This document shows positions 7,041 to 16,574 of a stretch of DNA of 20,000 nt, piece by piece (the first letter of the stretch is position 1; each line of letters opens with the position of its first letter). The notes under the pieces were generated by a model that was given only the letters and a program-made list of their open reading frames with translations, had not been told where the DNA came from and did no database searches. Position numbers and translations under genes: made by a program. The stretch is from the IMG/VR virus record IMGVR_UViG_3300011113_000633; one strand, 5' to 3'. The stretch is from an uncultured virus (IMG/VR IMGVR_UViG_3300011113_000633) (lineage: Duplodnaviria; Heunggongvirae; Uroviricota; Caudoviricetes).

Positions 7041-7932
7041 TTTTCGTGACGTCCTTGACGCAATAGGCGTTGATGTTCGCCGTGAGTCTGGCAATGAAAT
7101 CATTGGCTGTTGTCCAGTACATGCAAAACGAACTGGGAAATTAGACAGGTCTCCATCATGGTCAATGAACGCTTCTACAGGATTGTGGATTTGCCATTCA
7201 TGTGGGTCTCGTGGAAACTTACCGCAGTTGATTGCCGAAGTTACTGGAAGTTACGAATCCGTATCCACAATATACAACTTGTTAATGAACTCTGGAATGG
7301 AGCAACTAACACGTCCTAAGTTGGAAAAGGTTAAATCAGATGTGGACTGGGAAATGTATATGTTTTTTGACAACCCTCCATACGAGAAGTTGTTAGAACG
7401 TAATATCAAAGCGGTAGTTGCCGAAAGGTTTGGTATCCGATGGGATACGTCAAAACAAGCGTGGATTATTCCAATCATTTCTGCATCAGGAGATTTGATG
7501 GGATGGCAAGAGAAGTCACCAAAGGGAGTTCTCAATCAACCTGTAGGTGTTTCTAAATCAGAAACTTTGTTTGGTATTGACCGTTTTAATATACGAACAG
7601 CAATTTTAGTAGAGTCCCCACTAGACGTAGTTAGGGTTGCTTCAGCATATTCAGGAGTACAATGTTTAGCCAGTTTTGGAGTACAGGTCAGTAAAAAACA
7701 AATAGAACTATTAAGCAATGTTTGTGATTATTTAATTGTGGCGTTAGACAATGACGAGGCTGGAATGACGGTAGGTAAAAAGTTGTTTAAGCACCTTCCT
7801 ACTTTTCGTGAAGGTATTAAATGGCTTTACTACGGTCACACTAAAGCAAAAGACTTGGGTGAAATGTCAGACGAAGAAATTGGTATTGCCATAACAAAAG
7901 CAACTGTTCTTCCTTGGTGGGTAAATGTTTAA
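7003..7932 (+). CDS. dnaG: DNA primase (CHC2 zinc finger + TOPRIM)
   Basis: CPVH...CHSC zinc-binding domain; TOPRIM motifs LVESPLD and ALDNDEAG, and KDLGEM. The start may be 7003 or 7021. Confidence 0.9.
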   Translation: MTLTIAMTTGITNFRDVLDAIGVDVRRESGNEIIGCCPVHAKRTGKLDRSPSWSMNASTGLWICHSCGSRGNLPQLIAEVTGSYESVSTIYNLLMNSGMEQLTRPKLEKVKSDVDWEMYMFFDNPPYEKLLERNIKAVVAERFGIRWDTSKQAWIIPIISASGDLMGWQEKSPKGVLNQPVGVSKSETLFGIDRFNIRTAILVESPLDVVRVASAYSGVQCLASFGVQVSKKQIELLSNVCDYLIVALDNDEAGMTVGKKLFKHLPTFREGIKWLYYGHTKAKDLGEMSDEEIGIAITKATVLPWWVNV

Positions 7933-9469
7933 GGGAACGTTATACCCATTTCAAGAAGAAGCCCGTGAAAAAATGGTTGACAGGGGCAAGATGCTTTTAG
8001 CGGTAGTCATGGGTGGTGGCAAAACTGTAATCACTATCAACTCTCTTGAAACATTGTTTGAACAACAAGAAATCACAAGGGCAATCATTATTGTTCCCGC
8101 ATCTTTAAAGTATCAATGGCTGAGAGAAATTACAAAGTTTACAAACTCACGAGCAGTAGTAATTGATGGCAATGCAAAAATACGAGAAACATTATGGCGT
8201 TCCGCAATACGAGCAAGGTACGTCATAGTCAATCCTGAAACTTTGTTAAACGACCAGCACATGTTTAACTCACTGCGGTTTGAAGCAATGGTTATAGATG
8301 AAGCAACAATGATTAAATCACCGCGTGCTAAACGTTCAAGGCTTCTTAAAAAACTTGGTAAAAAATGTCAATATCGTTTTGCCTTAACTGGTCAACCAAT
8401 TGAAAACAAACCAGAAGAATTGTTTTCTATTATGGAATTTGTAGATGAAACTGTGTTGGGAAGGTTTGATTGGTTTGATAAAACCTTTATTGTTCGCGAC
8501 AAGTTTGGCAGACCAACACGTTATAGAAATCTAAACGTACTTAATAAATCAATGGAACTAGCAATGGTTCGTAAGAATAGAAAAGATATTCAAGACCAAT
8601 TGCCCGAAGTTATATCAACAGTTATACCAGTTCAGTTTGATGAGTTGGGAGCATTGGCATATAAAAATATTGCCAATGATTTGCTTAAACAGATACAACA
8701 GGCGCTGAACACTCATGGCAAAGGCTTTGATTTATGGTCTCACTATCATGGAAATCCAGCAGCAAATGAAGCGCAGGGTCAAATCATGTCGCGGTTAACT
8801 ATTCTGCGTATGCTTTGCGACAACCCAGAATTAGTTTTGTTCTCGGCAGAAGAGTTTGTTAGGGCAGACGGGGATGTGGGAAGTAAATACGCTAAAGAAG
8901 TTATGGACAATGGTTGGGTTAACGGCAATCTTAAAACTCCAAAAATGGATGCCGTTATTGATTATATGACGGAGATACTACAAGAAGACCCAAACAATAA
9001 AATTGTATTGTTTTCATTTTTTAAGAAAAATCTTAAACTATTGTCTGAGAATACTAAAAGCATTACCAAATCAGTTTTGTTTACTGGGGATATGAATTCA
9101 ACTGAAAAAGATGCCGCTAAACAAAAGTTTATTAAAGACCCAAACACACGTTTGTTTTTGTCTTCAGATGCAGGTGGTTATGGTGTTGACTTACCCCAAG
9201 CCAATTACCTAATATCTTATGACCTTCCGTGGTCTGCTGGTAAATTAGACCAACGAGAGGCAAGAATTATACGACTATCTTCACAACACCCTCACGTTAC
9301 AATTGCATCATTCGTAATGAAAGGGAGTATTGAAGAAAGGCAGTATGAAATGCTTCAACAAAAGAGAGGAATTAACGAAGCGTTTATTGACAAAGGTTAC
9401 GATACACAAGGTAGATTTGAGTTGACACTTAATTCATTAACAGAATTCCTACAACACTCGGAGGTGTGA
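7925..9469 (+). CDS. SNF2-family SF2 helicase/ATPase
   Basis: LYPFQ, MGGGKT, IIVPASLKYQW, VIDEAT, ALTGQPIEN, DAGGYGVDL and YDLPW..QREARIIR motifs. Confidence 0.92.
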   Translation: MFKGTLYPFQEEAREKMVDRGKMLLAVVMGGGKTVITINSLETLFEQQEITRAIIIVPASLKYQWLREITKFTNSRAVVIDGNAKIRETLWRSAIRARYVIVNPETLLNDQHMFNSLRFEAMVIDEATMIKSPRAKRSRLLKKLGKKCQYRFALTGQPIENKPEELFSIMEFVDETVLGRFDWFDKTFIVRDKFGRPTRYRNLNVLNKSMELAMVRKNRKDIQDQLPEVISTVIPVQFDELGALAYKNIANDLLKQIQQALNTHGKGFDLWSHYHGNPAANEAQGQIMSRLTILRMLCDNPELVLFSAEEFVRADGDVGSKYAKEVMDNGWVNGNLKTPKMDAVIDYMTEILQEDPNNKIVLFSFFKKNLKLLSENTKSITKSVLFTGDMNSTEKDAAKQKFIKDPNTRLFLSSDAGGYGVDLPQANYLISYDLPWSAGKLDQREARIIRLSSQHPHVTIASFVMKGSIEERQYEMLQQKRGINEAFIDKGYDTQGRFELTLNSLTEFLQHSEV

Positions 9470-9470
9470 C

Positions 9471-9866
9471 ATGGAAAAAGAATATGACGAACAATACTTA
9501 ACAAAACTTGTAGAAGACTTTGTATCACAAAAAAAACTGTTGTCTCAGTTAGAAACAAGGGTTGACAAGATTAAAAAAGAACTAAGCACCGTTGTTGAAC
9601 AACATGGAACTCCAGACGACAGCGGTCACATTTGGTTGAACATTGGTGGACACGAATTAAAACGTGAACGTCGTGTTAGCAAATCATTCAACGCAACGCA
9701 AGCGGAAGAGTGGGCACGTGAGCAAGGATTGTGGGACAACGTAAAAGAAGTTATTGAACGACTTAGCGAAGACAAACTTTTACAATTAGCATGGGAAGAC
9801 AAAGCACTTCTCACGACAGTTCAAACTTTCTACACAGAAAAAGAAACTTGGGCATTTAAAGCGTGA
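9471..9866 (+). CDS. Hypothetical phage protein, N-terminal coiled coil
   Basis: RBS GGAGG. A coiled coil followed by beta strands, loosely like Gam/gp157-type DNA-binding proteins. Confidence 0.6.
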   Translation: MEKEYDEQYLTKLVEDFVSQKKLLSQLETRVDKIKKELSTVVEQHGTPDDSGHIWLNIGGHELKRERRVSKSFNATQAEEWAREQGLWDNVKEVIERLSEDKLLQLAWEDKALLTTVQTFYTEKETWAFKA

Positions 9867-10291
9867 AAGACCCGTTAGATTTTTTTAATGATTTGCCTGA
9901 TTACCCTGGTGGTCGCACACCAAAAAACAGGGGTAAAAAGGTAAAAGCAATTGCCGATGATAGATACAACGGGGCAAAGCCCAAGAAGTATATAATCAAC
10001 GGTCAAGAGGTAGTGATGTTTACCATTGGCGACTTAGCCAAAGCAATAGGTAAACGTCCTTCCACGTTGCGAGTTTGGGAGCATCGTGGTTGGCTTCCCA
10101 AAGCCAAGTACCGAACACCAAAACCTGTGAAGCAACAAATTCCAGAGAAAACTTCACAAGGTAGGAGGCTTTACAGTTTAGAACAGGTAGAGTTTCTTTT
10201 TGAAGCAATGGACCGTTTTAAAGTACGTGAGATTAATCACGGAGATTGGAACGGTTTTAGAAAACATATCAAAGATAATTGGCCCCAATAA
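9863..10291 (+). CDS. MerR-like HTH DNA-binding protein
   Basis: FTIGDLAKAIGKRPSTLRVWEHRGWLP...GRRLYSLEQV; GTGA overlap with the upstream gene. Confidence 0.85.
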   Translation: MKDPLDFFNDLPDYPGGRTPKNRGKKVKAIADDRYNGAKPKKYIINGQEVVMFTIGDLAKAIGKRPSTLRVWEHRGWLPKAKYRTPKPVKQQIPEKTSQGRRLYSLEQVEFLFEAMDRFKVREINHGDWNGFRKHIKDNWPQ

Positions 10292-10311
10292 ACACACAAA
10301 GGAAAAATACA

Positions 10312-10974
10312 ATGCCAAGAAATTATGACGTAGTAGAATTAACACCGAATACAGAGCAGGACACACCTGCTCCAGAAGAATCAACTCGCAAACTACTTCG
10401 CGGTGGTTGGCAACAAGTTGATGTTTTGAAAAGCGCAGACTCTCAGTACGCACAGCGTTTGAAAGTTTCTGAGGACGTTCAAGTAATCAAGTTTTTGGAC
10501 GACGAACCATTTGCAGCATGGCACCAACACTGGGTAGAGCGTGAAGGTCAGAAATCCTTTATCTGCTTGCGTGACCTTGAAGAGCGTGGATGCCCACTGT
10601 GTGAGACAGGTAATCGTCCGTCACAACGCATTGCGTTTAACGTTGCATTGTTGGCTGTAGGAGCCAAACCAGTAGTTCGTTCATTTGAAGTAGGACCACG
10701 AGTTGTTGACCAACTTCGCAATTTGAACAAAGCACCTCAAACTGGTCCATTGACCAAACACTATTGGGCTGTAAGTCGCACAGGTAAGGGCGCTACAACT
10801 GCATACAATTTGCAGGCTATTCGTGCTCGCGACCTACAAGAAGAATGGAAGATGGAAGAGATTGACGAAACTTTCATGTCGTCATTGCGTGAAGACCGTT
10901 ATGACGCAAGCATCATGAAGGTTCCTACCTACGCAGACCTTCTTTCAGTTGCATCAGAAGATTTAGGGAAGTAG
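10312..10974 (+). CDS. Single-stranded DNA-binding protein, gp32-like with zinc ligands
   Basis: VIKFLD..PF...HQHWV...FIC...CPLC...VSRTGKGATTAY pattern. Start at ATG 10312 with AAGGA upstream; lies directly before the polymerase. Confidence 0.75.
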   Translation: MPRNYDVVELTPNTEQDTPAPEESTRKLLRGGWQQVDVLKSADSQYAQRLKVSEDVQVIKFLDDEPFAAWHQHWVEREGQKSFICLRDLEERGCPLCETGNRPSQRIAFNVALLAVGAKPVVRSFEVGPRVVDQLRNLNKAPQTGPLTKHYWAVSRTGKGATTAYNLQAIRARDLQEEWKMEEIDETFMSSLREDRYDASIMKVPTYADLLSVASEDLGK

Positions 10975-10977
10975 ATA

Positions 10978-13038
10978 ATGGGGAGCGTAAAACCTCCCAT
11001 TATCACAACCTTAGAAGAACTTGATGAACTTATTAGCGTTGTTAATGAGGTTGGGGCGTTTGCTTTTGACGTTGAAACACAGTCAGTGCTTGAGCATCAC
11101 CCCGACCTATTACAACACTTAGAAAAAGATTTTCAAGAACATGTTAAGGGTTTAAAAAGCAAAAGCCCTGACATTATTCAAAGAGCACATGATAATTTGG
11201 TAGAAGAATACCTTAAAGAGATAGCAGTAAATCCTTTACGCAATGAAGTGTTTTGGATTGGAATTGCAACTAAAGGTCACTCATGGGCAATACCAATGGG
11301 TCACAAAGTTGGTCCGTTGCTAGAAGCAGAAGAGGTGGGAGATGGAAGCACAGTACCACCTGTTGGCTATCGTAAAAAGTTAAAAAATGGTCAAGAGTCC
11401 ATGGCAAAGGCTAGATACATAAAGCCCGCTGTTTATGCTGAGCCAATAAAACAATTATCACGAAGCGTTGTCTTTGAACGTTTAAAGCCTTTGTTTTTTA
11501 GCGACCTAATTAAAGTTGGTCAAAACGTTAAGTTTGATGCACGGTCTATTTCAAAGTACTACGGTGCTATACCACCAGGACCTTATGTTGACACAATGCT
11601 TTTACAACATTTGGTTAACGAGAACTTAACCAACTACTCACTTGAAACAATCATTGAAAATAATTACAACGGTCATAAAGCATATGAACGTGGTGGAAAA
11701 CTTGGCAAAAGTATAAGCAAGGTAACTATTGACGACGCCTCATTGTACGTGCATCGTGACGCTCGTTGGACTTGGATGCTGTATACACGCTTGTTAAAGA
11801 AGGTAAACGCCTACGCTGACCTTCGCAAAGCCATGACTTTAGATAGTCAAGTTTTAGAAGTGTTAATGGAAATGGAAAATCAAGGCATTCCAGTTGACGT
11901 TAACAACTTAACAGTTCTAGAAAAAGACTTAGACCAAGAGTTAAAAGAAGTGCATGACAACATTTTAAAGTATGCACCAGTTGGTTTTAACCCTGATTCT
12001 AATAAACATAAACAAACATTTTTGTTTAATAAAAAATCAGAAGGTGGACTGGGACTTAAACCATATAAGAAGACTGGAAAAGGAGCACCGTCTGTTGACG
12101 AAGAATCTTTAAAGAGTCTTCAACATAAACACGAAGTTGTAGCCCAGTTACTAAAATGGGCAGAACTACAGAAGTTAAAATCAACTTACGTAAACGGATT
12201 GATACCAAAACTATATAAAAATAAACTTCACCCATCTTTTCATTTACATAGAACCGCTACTGGGCGACTATCTTCTTCTAATCCAAACCTTCAAAACATT
12301 CCAAGAACATCAAACATTAGAAAGTTGTTTGTTGCCTTAGACCCAAACGTTTTATTAGTTGCTGACTACGACCAAATTGAATTGAGAGTTATGGCTATGT
12401 TCAGCCAAGACAAACGTTTGTTGCATGTCTTTGCCAATGACGAAGACATTCACACCGCTACTGCATCGGCTGTCTTTAAGAAAAAACCAGAGAACGTTAC
12501 TTCTGAAGAACGACAGATAGGCAAAGGTGTTAACTTTCTAACCGCATACGGTGGTGGTTCTATAAAACTTGCACGAGTTACTGGCATTCCAAAACATGAA
12601 GCAGAAGAGATATTAAATAATTATTATAAAAGTTTTTACGAATTGACTGCTTGGAAACGGCAAGTTATTGCAAAAGCCAAAAAAGACGGTTATGTATCTA
12701 CTTTATATGGACGCAGGAGAAGGCTTCCAGATTTGTCATCAAGCAATGATGAGTTGCGGTCTAGGGCTGAAAGACAGGCTGTTAACGCGATAGTTCAAGG
12801 AACTGCCGCGGACATTTGTAAACAAGCAATGGTTGATGTTCATAAAGCCATGAGCGGAACCAGTGTAAAATTATTAGTGCAGGTTCATGACGAACTTGTA
12901 GCAATGGTAAACGAAACAGATAGGGTTGATATTCTTAATCCTTTTATTAACGCTATGGGAGACGGTATGGTTTTAGAGAAAGTGCCAATTAAGGTTTCCC
13001 ATCAATTTGCCAAGAGTTGGGCAGAGGCAAAAGAATGA
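10978..13038 (+). CDS. polA: DNA polymerase family A with 3'-5' exonuclease (no 5'-3' exonuclease domain)
   Basis: ExoI FDVET, ExoII QNVKFD, TATGRLSSSNPNLQNIP, motif A ADYDQIELR, motif B RQIGKGVNFLTAYG (Phe at the E. coli 762-equivalent position) and motif C VQVHDEL. Confidence 0.97.
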   Translation: MGSVKPPIITTLEELDELISVVNEVGAFAFDVETQSVLEHHPDLLQHLEKDFQEHVKGLKSKSPDIIQRAHDNLVEEYLKEIAVNPLRNEVFWIGIATKGHSWAIPMGHKVGPLLEAEEVGDGSTVPPVGYRKKLKNGQESMAKARYIKPAVYAEPIKQLSRSVVFERLKPLFFSDLIKVGQNVKFDARSISKYYGAIPPGPYVDTMLLQHLVNENLTNYSLETIIENNYNGHKAYERGGKLGKSISKVTIDDASLYVHRDARWTWMLYTRLLKKVNAYADLRKAMTLDSQVLEVLMEMENQGIPVDVNNLTVLEKDLDQELKEVHDNILKYAPVGFNPDSNKHKQTFLFNKKSEGGLGLKPYKKTGKGAPSVDEESLKSLQHKHEVVAQLLKWAELQKLKSTYVNGLIPKLYKNKLHPSFHLHRTATGRLSSSNPNLQNIPRTSNIRKLFVALDPNVLLVADYDQIELRVMAMFSQDKRLLHVFANDEDIHTATASAVFKKKPENVTSEERQIGKGVNFLTAYGGGSIKLARVTGIPKHEAEEILNNYYKSFYELTAWKRQVIAKAKKDGYVSTLYGRRRRLPDLSSSNDELRSRAERQAVNAIVQGTAADICKQAMVDVHKAMSGTSVKLLVQVHDELVAMVNETDRVDILNPFINAMGDGMVLEKVPIKVSHQFAKSWAEAKE

Positions 13039-13415
13039 GCGATATAGAAAGCGTAGTTGATAAACGACTGTTCTACTTGATGCTGTCAATAGGTCAAGGG
13101 CAAGAGTTTGCTAACTTCATGGGCTTTTCTAATCCGTCTAATGACGTGGAACAAGCAGAAATATACGACGTTGCCAGCAGATGGGCATTGTTTGTTAATC
13201 AAGGAGTTTTAGAAAGTATTGAAGAATCAGCCAATTGGGTGCTAGACTTTCTTGAGAAAAGTGATAAACTTTCAAACCCTAAAGAAGAAGTGCTCCCGTT
13301 GTTTGTAGCATACGGAGTTTCTTTATTAAATAAAATGTTAGAAAGTGGAAATCTTTCTATTATCATAGACGAAGAAGCATTATTAAATTGGCAGGAAGTA
13401 GAAGAAGATGAGTGA
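13035..13415 (+). CDS. Hypothetical acidic protein (126 aa)
   Basis: ATGA overlap with the polA stop; acidic C-terminus. Confidence 0.65.
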   Translation: MSDIESVVDKRLFYLMLSIGQGQEFANFMGFSNPSNDVEQAEIYDVASRWALFVNQGVLESIEESANWVLDFLEKSDKLSNPKEEVLPLFVAYGVSLLNKMLESGNLSIIIDEEALLNWQEVEEDE

Positions 13416-13770
13416 CTGGTGGGACAAAAAGTTAAAAGGCGAGAAACCAACGCCACAACCGATATATCCAAATCCTGTTACGTATAGCAATCGTCCTGTT
13501 CAAACGGTAGAAACACAAACAGTTCAACATAATTTGCCTCCAAACACCCAGTTAACCACTGGACAAGCGATTAGAATGTGGAAAGGAGGAGAAGCGCATC
13601 AACGTGAAGGTAGCATGAGGTGTCCAGAATGTGGAAGCCGAAATGTATTTTCACGTGTTGGAAAAGGTTCTAACAGTATGGTTAATGGAGCAGCACCAGC
13701 CCCACGTTGTTTTGAGTGTGGTTGGAACGGTAAATTTTCACAAGCAGACCAATCAAATTGGGCAATATAA
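13408..13770 (+). CDS. Zinc-ribbon hypothetical protein
   Basis: CPECG...CFECG pair after a P/Q/T-rich N-terminus. Confidence 0.7.
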   Translation: MSDWWDKKLKGEKPTPQPIYPNPVTYSNRPVQTVETQTVQHNLPPNTQLTTGQAIRMWKGGEAHQREGSMRCPECGSRNVFSRVGKGSNSMVNGAAPAPRCFECGWNGKFSQADQSNWAI

Positions 13771-13781
13771 AGGATTATCAC

Positions 13782-14810
13782 ATGACAGATTACGAATCAT
13801 TGGCATCAATTGTTTCCGCTATTCAAAAAAAGTATGGCGACGATGTTCTGATTAAAGGTTCAGACATAAAAGAAGAAGTGCCTCGCATAACTACTGGCAT
13901 ACTTGCTTATGACTTGATGCTTGGTGGAGGATGGCCTTTAAACCAATGGTCAGAGATTATTGGTGAGGAATCATCTGGAAAGACAGCACTTGCATATAAA
14001 ACTATTGCTGCTAATCAAGCAATTAATCCAGACTTTGTTGCTATGTGGATTGCTGCTGAGACTTATGTTCCTCAATACGCACGAGCCATTGGAGTTGACC
14101 TAGAACGTTTGTGGGTTGTAGAAACCAACATCATGGAACAAGTTTATGATTTGGTTATTAAAGCATTGGACAATCGCGCTGTTGACATGATTGTCATTGA
14201 CTCGTTGCCATCGCTGGTTCCAGGAGACGAATCAGAAAAAATGATGGAAGAGTTTACAGTTGGTTTGGGTGCTCGTTTAACTGGCAAGTTCTTTCGCAAA
14301 TCATCAAAGGCTCAACGCCGTTCCCTTATTAACGAAGACCGTCCTTGCACTGGGTTAGTCATAAACCAATGGCGTGAGAAGATTGGTGTCATGTGGGGAG
14401 ACAACCGAACCACACCTGGTGGCAAAGCCAAAAACTTTCACTACTTCAGTCGTGTTGAAGTTAAACGAGACGAATGGATTAAAGAAAAAGAAGAAGCCAT
14501 TGGTCAGACAATAAAGGCTCGCACAATCAAAAACAAAACTTACCGACCTCAACAAACCGCAGTTGTTGATTTTTATTTTACAAGCGCTGGTGGGTTTCGT
14601 TTAGGAGAGTTTGACGTCATTAAAGACGTCGTAAACATTGGCATTGCTGTTGGTTTAATTACTCGTTCTGGTCCATATTATTCTTATGGAACTCAAAAAT
14701 GGCAAGGCAAAGACGCACTGGTATTGGCAATTCGTGAGGATTTAGACCTTCAACAAAAACTTAAGAAAGAAGCCTTTGACCACTTTAATCTTCGGGTTCC
14801 CACTCAATGA
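13782..14810 (+). CDS. recA: RecA recombinase
   Basis: ITTG..YDLMLGGGWP, Walker A GEESSGKT, Walker B IVIDS, L2 region INQWREKIGVMWG..TTPGG and YYSYG. Start is probably ATG 13782. Confidence 0.95.
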   Translation: MTDYESLASIVSAIQKKYGDDVLIKGSDIKEEVPRITTGILAYDLMLGGGWPLNQWSEIIGEESSGKTALAYKTIAANQAINPDFVAMWIAAETYVPQYARAIGVDLERLWVVETNIMEQVYDLVIKALDNRAVDMIVIDSLPSLVPGDESEKMMEEFTVGLGARLTGKFFRKSSKAQRRSLINEDRPCTGLVINQWREKIGVMWGDNRTTPGGKAKNFHYFSRVEVKRDEWIKEKEEAIGQTIKARTIKNKTYRPQQTAVVDFYFTSAGGFRLGEFDVIKDVVNIGIAVGLITRSGPYYSYGTQKWQGKDALVLAIREDLDLQQKLKKEAFDHFNLRVPTQ

Positions 14811-15136
14811 TTCTTGGAGGAGATGGAGAACATAAACGAAGATTGAAGAAGTCTCGTAAACAGGAAGAAAAAACTGCTGCTCGTTATAAGGGCAGTAGGA
14901 ACGCAGGTTCAGGGTCTGGATGGATGCGAAAGAACGACGTACGAAGCCACGAATTTCTTATTGAGAATAAGTTTACGGACAATCTTAAACAGTATTCAGT
15001 AAAGATAAAAGACTTGATTGAGTTAGAACAACGGGCTATCTTTGAAGACAGAATTCCATTACTACAATTTGAGATACAAAATAGGCGTTACGTGATTTTA
15101 ACAGAAGATGATTTTACGAGTATGTTAAATGGCTGA
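14807..15136 (+). CDS. PD-(D/E)XK nuclease, Holliday junction resolvase-like
   Basis: SRKQE...GSG...KNDV...LIENKFT catalytic pattern. Confidence 0.75.
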   Translation: MILGGDGEHKRRLKKSRKQEEKTAARYKGSRNAGSGSGWMRKNDVRSHEFLIENKFTDNLKQYSVKIKDLIELEQRAIFEDRIPLLQFEIQNRRYVILTEDDFTSMLNG

Positions 15137-16028
15137 GTTAACTAGCGCAGACTTAGAGAGTCTTAAAAAGAATCTCAGAACAAAAGGTCGGTTGTTACCC
15201 ATTGTTGCTGCTCAAGTAGAACTTGAAAACAATGAGAACACTCGCGAACGAGATACGGACTACTTGCACCCCAGTCAAATTTGCAAACGCGATTGGTGTC
15301 CACGTTCATCAATGTACGAAATAAACAAAGAACCAGCAGACAAGGTTAAATCACACTCGTTTCAAACCTTAAACATCTTTAGAACTGGTCATGACATTCA
15401 CGAAAAGTGGCAAGGTTGGTTAGAGCGTTCTGGATTGATGAAACAATCAGAACTAAACATCTTTAACGAAGAGTGCCATATAAAAGGAAATGCAGATGGT
15501 TTGATTGAAGATGCAATGGGCGAAGCCATACTAGAAATTAAAAGCGTAGGTGTTGGCACCGTTCGCATGGAAAACATAGATTTGTACAAAGAGTATGACT
15601 CAGGAACTATAAGCATGGACGAGTTGTGGAAAAGGATAAGACAACCGTTTAGCACGCACCTTCGTCAGATTAATTTGTACATGTATGCAACAGGTGTACA
15701 TCAAGGCATTATTTTGTACGAATGGAAACCAACTCAAGCAATTAAAGAGTTTGATGTTACTTATCAACCAGCGTTGATTGAACATATTCTTGCCGCCGCA
15801 CAACTTGTCAAACAACACCTAGAACAAGGTACTATTATTGACCGCCCTACTTGGGCAACAGAAGACCATAAAACTTGTAAACAATGTCCATACAAAACAA
15901 CATGTTGGAGGAACGATGCTGATAGACGACAGACTGACAAACAGCCAAGCAATGAAGAACTTTCTGGAGAAGTTTTCTCTTCCAGACAGGCCGAAAGGAA
16001 ACTTACCAGAGATTCCAAAACATCTTGA
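15129..16028 (+). CDS. Cas4/RecB-like PD-(D/E)XK exonuclease with probable Fe-S cluster
   Basis: HPSQIC..WCPR, GHDIHE, GNADG, LEIKS, QINLYM and C-terminal CKQCPYKTTC. Confidence 0.85.
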   Translation: MAELTSADLESLKKNLRTKGRLLPIVAAQVELENNENTRERDTDYLHPSQICKRDWCPRSSMYEINKEPADKVKSHSFQTLNIFRTGHDIHEKWQGWLERSGLMKQSELNIFNEECHIKGNADGLIEDAMGEAILEIKSVGVGTVRMENIDLYKEYDSGTISMDELWKRIRQPFSTHLRQINLYMYATGVHQGIILYEWKPTQAIKEFDVTYQPALIEHILAAAQLVKQHLEQGTIIDRPTWATEDHKTCKQCPYKTTCWRNDADRRQTDKQPSNEELSGEVFSSRQAERKLTRDSKTS

Positions 16029-16407
16029 CGATTTGTCTGATGCTGATTTAATGGAACACTATTCTGAGTTCATGGCTTGGATTACATATTCTAAAACAGA
16101 ATTAGTCACTGCTGAAATTACAGAAGAACGTTGTGCTAACGACGTTAAGTTGATAGAAGCAAAAACTTTGATTTTACAATGGAGCGGGGATAAGAACGAT
16201 ACCGTTACTTTGGCTAAGGCTCGCCGTGATACCGATGACAATGTTGTAAGTCTTCAAGAGTTACACCTTAATTCACGAGCCTATAGAAAATTAGTAGAGT
16301 CAGTCTTTGAGCGGTGTGAACGTGGTGCTCAAATACTGTCACGAGAGTTGAGTCGTCGCATTAGTGTTGCTCCTCAAGAAAGGCGTTTGGCTAGGTATCA
16401 ACCGTGA
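15916..16407 (+). CDS. UvsY-like recombination mediator (helical, 163 aa)
   Basis: GGAGG RBS before ATG 15916. Long helical protein whose C-terminus (DDNVVSL..YRKLVESVFERCERGAQILSRELSRR) resembles UvsY-type proteins; located in the RecA module. Confidence 0.5.
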   Translation: MLIDDRLTNSQAMKNFLEKFSLPDRPKGNLPEIPKHLDDLSDADLMEHYSEFMAWITYSKTELVTAEITEERCANDVKLIEAKTLILQWSGDKNDTVTLAKARRDTDDNVVSLQELHLNSRAYRKLVESVFERCERGAQILSRELSRRISVAPQERRLARYQP

Positions 16408-16574
16408 CAACTATCAGTGTTACGTGTTTAAAATGCAACGAAACTTTATTTCATAATCCACGTCAAATAACTGGCTGTGTTTGCGACCCAGATGCTCCAA
16501 CGTGGGTTTATATTGAACGAGATGGAACTGTAAAAGGGTTTAGTCAAGCAAAGTGGATTGTAAATGGGCAATAA
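16404..16574 (+). CDS. Small Cys-rich protein (56 aa; not in ORF track)
   Basis: GTGA overlap. Translation MTTISVTCLKCNETLFHNPRQITGCVCDPDAPTWVYIERDGTVKGFSQAKWIVNGQ has CxxC...CxC and fills the gap between neighbouring genes. Confidence 0.7.
   Translation: MTTISVTCLKCNETLFHNPRQITGCVCDPDAPTWVYIERDGTVKGFSQAKWIVNGQ

Noticed and set aside
11080..11451. Intein or intron in polA
   Set aside because: The frame is continuous, there is no C-terminal HN-C/S/T splice junction or homing endonuclease motif, and the inserts are too short.
15916..16028. 113-nt overlap of the Cas4-like gene with the next gene as dual coding
   Set aside because: The nuclease domain ends at CKQCPYKTTCW. The remaining tail looks like a run-on through the next gene's RBS and start.
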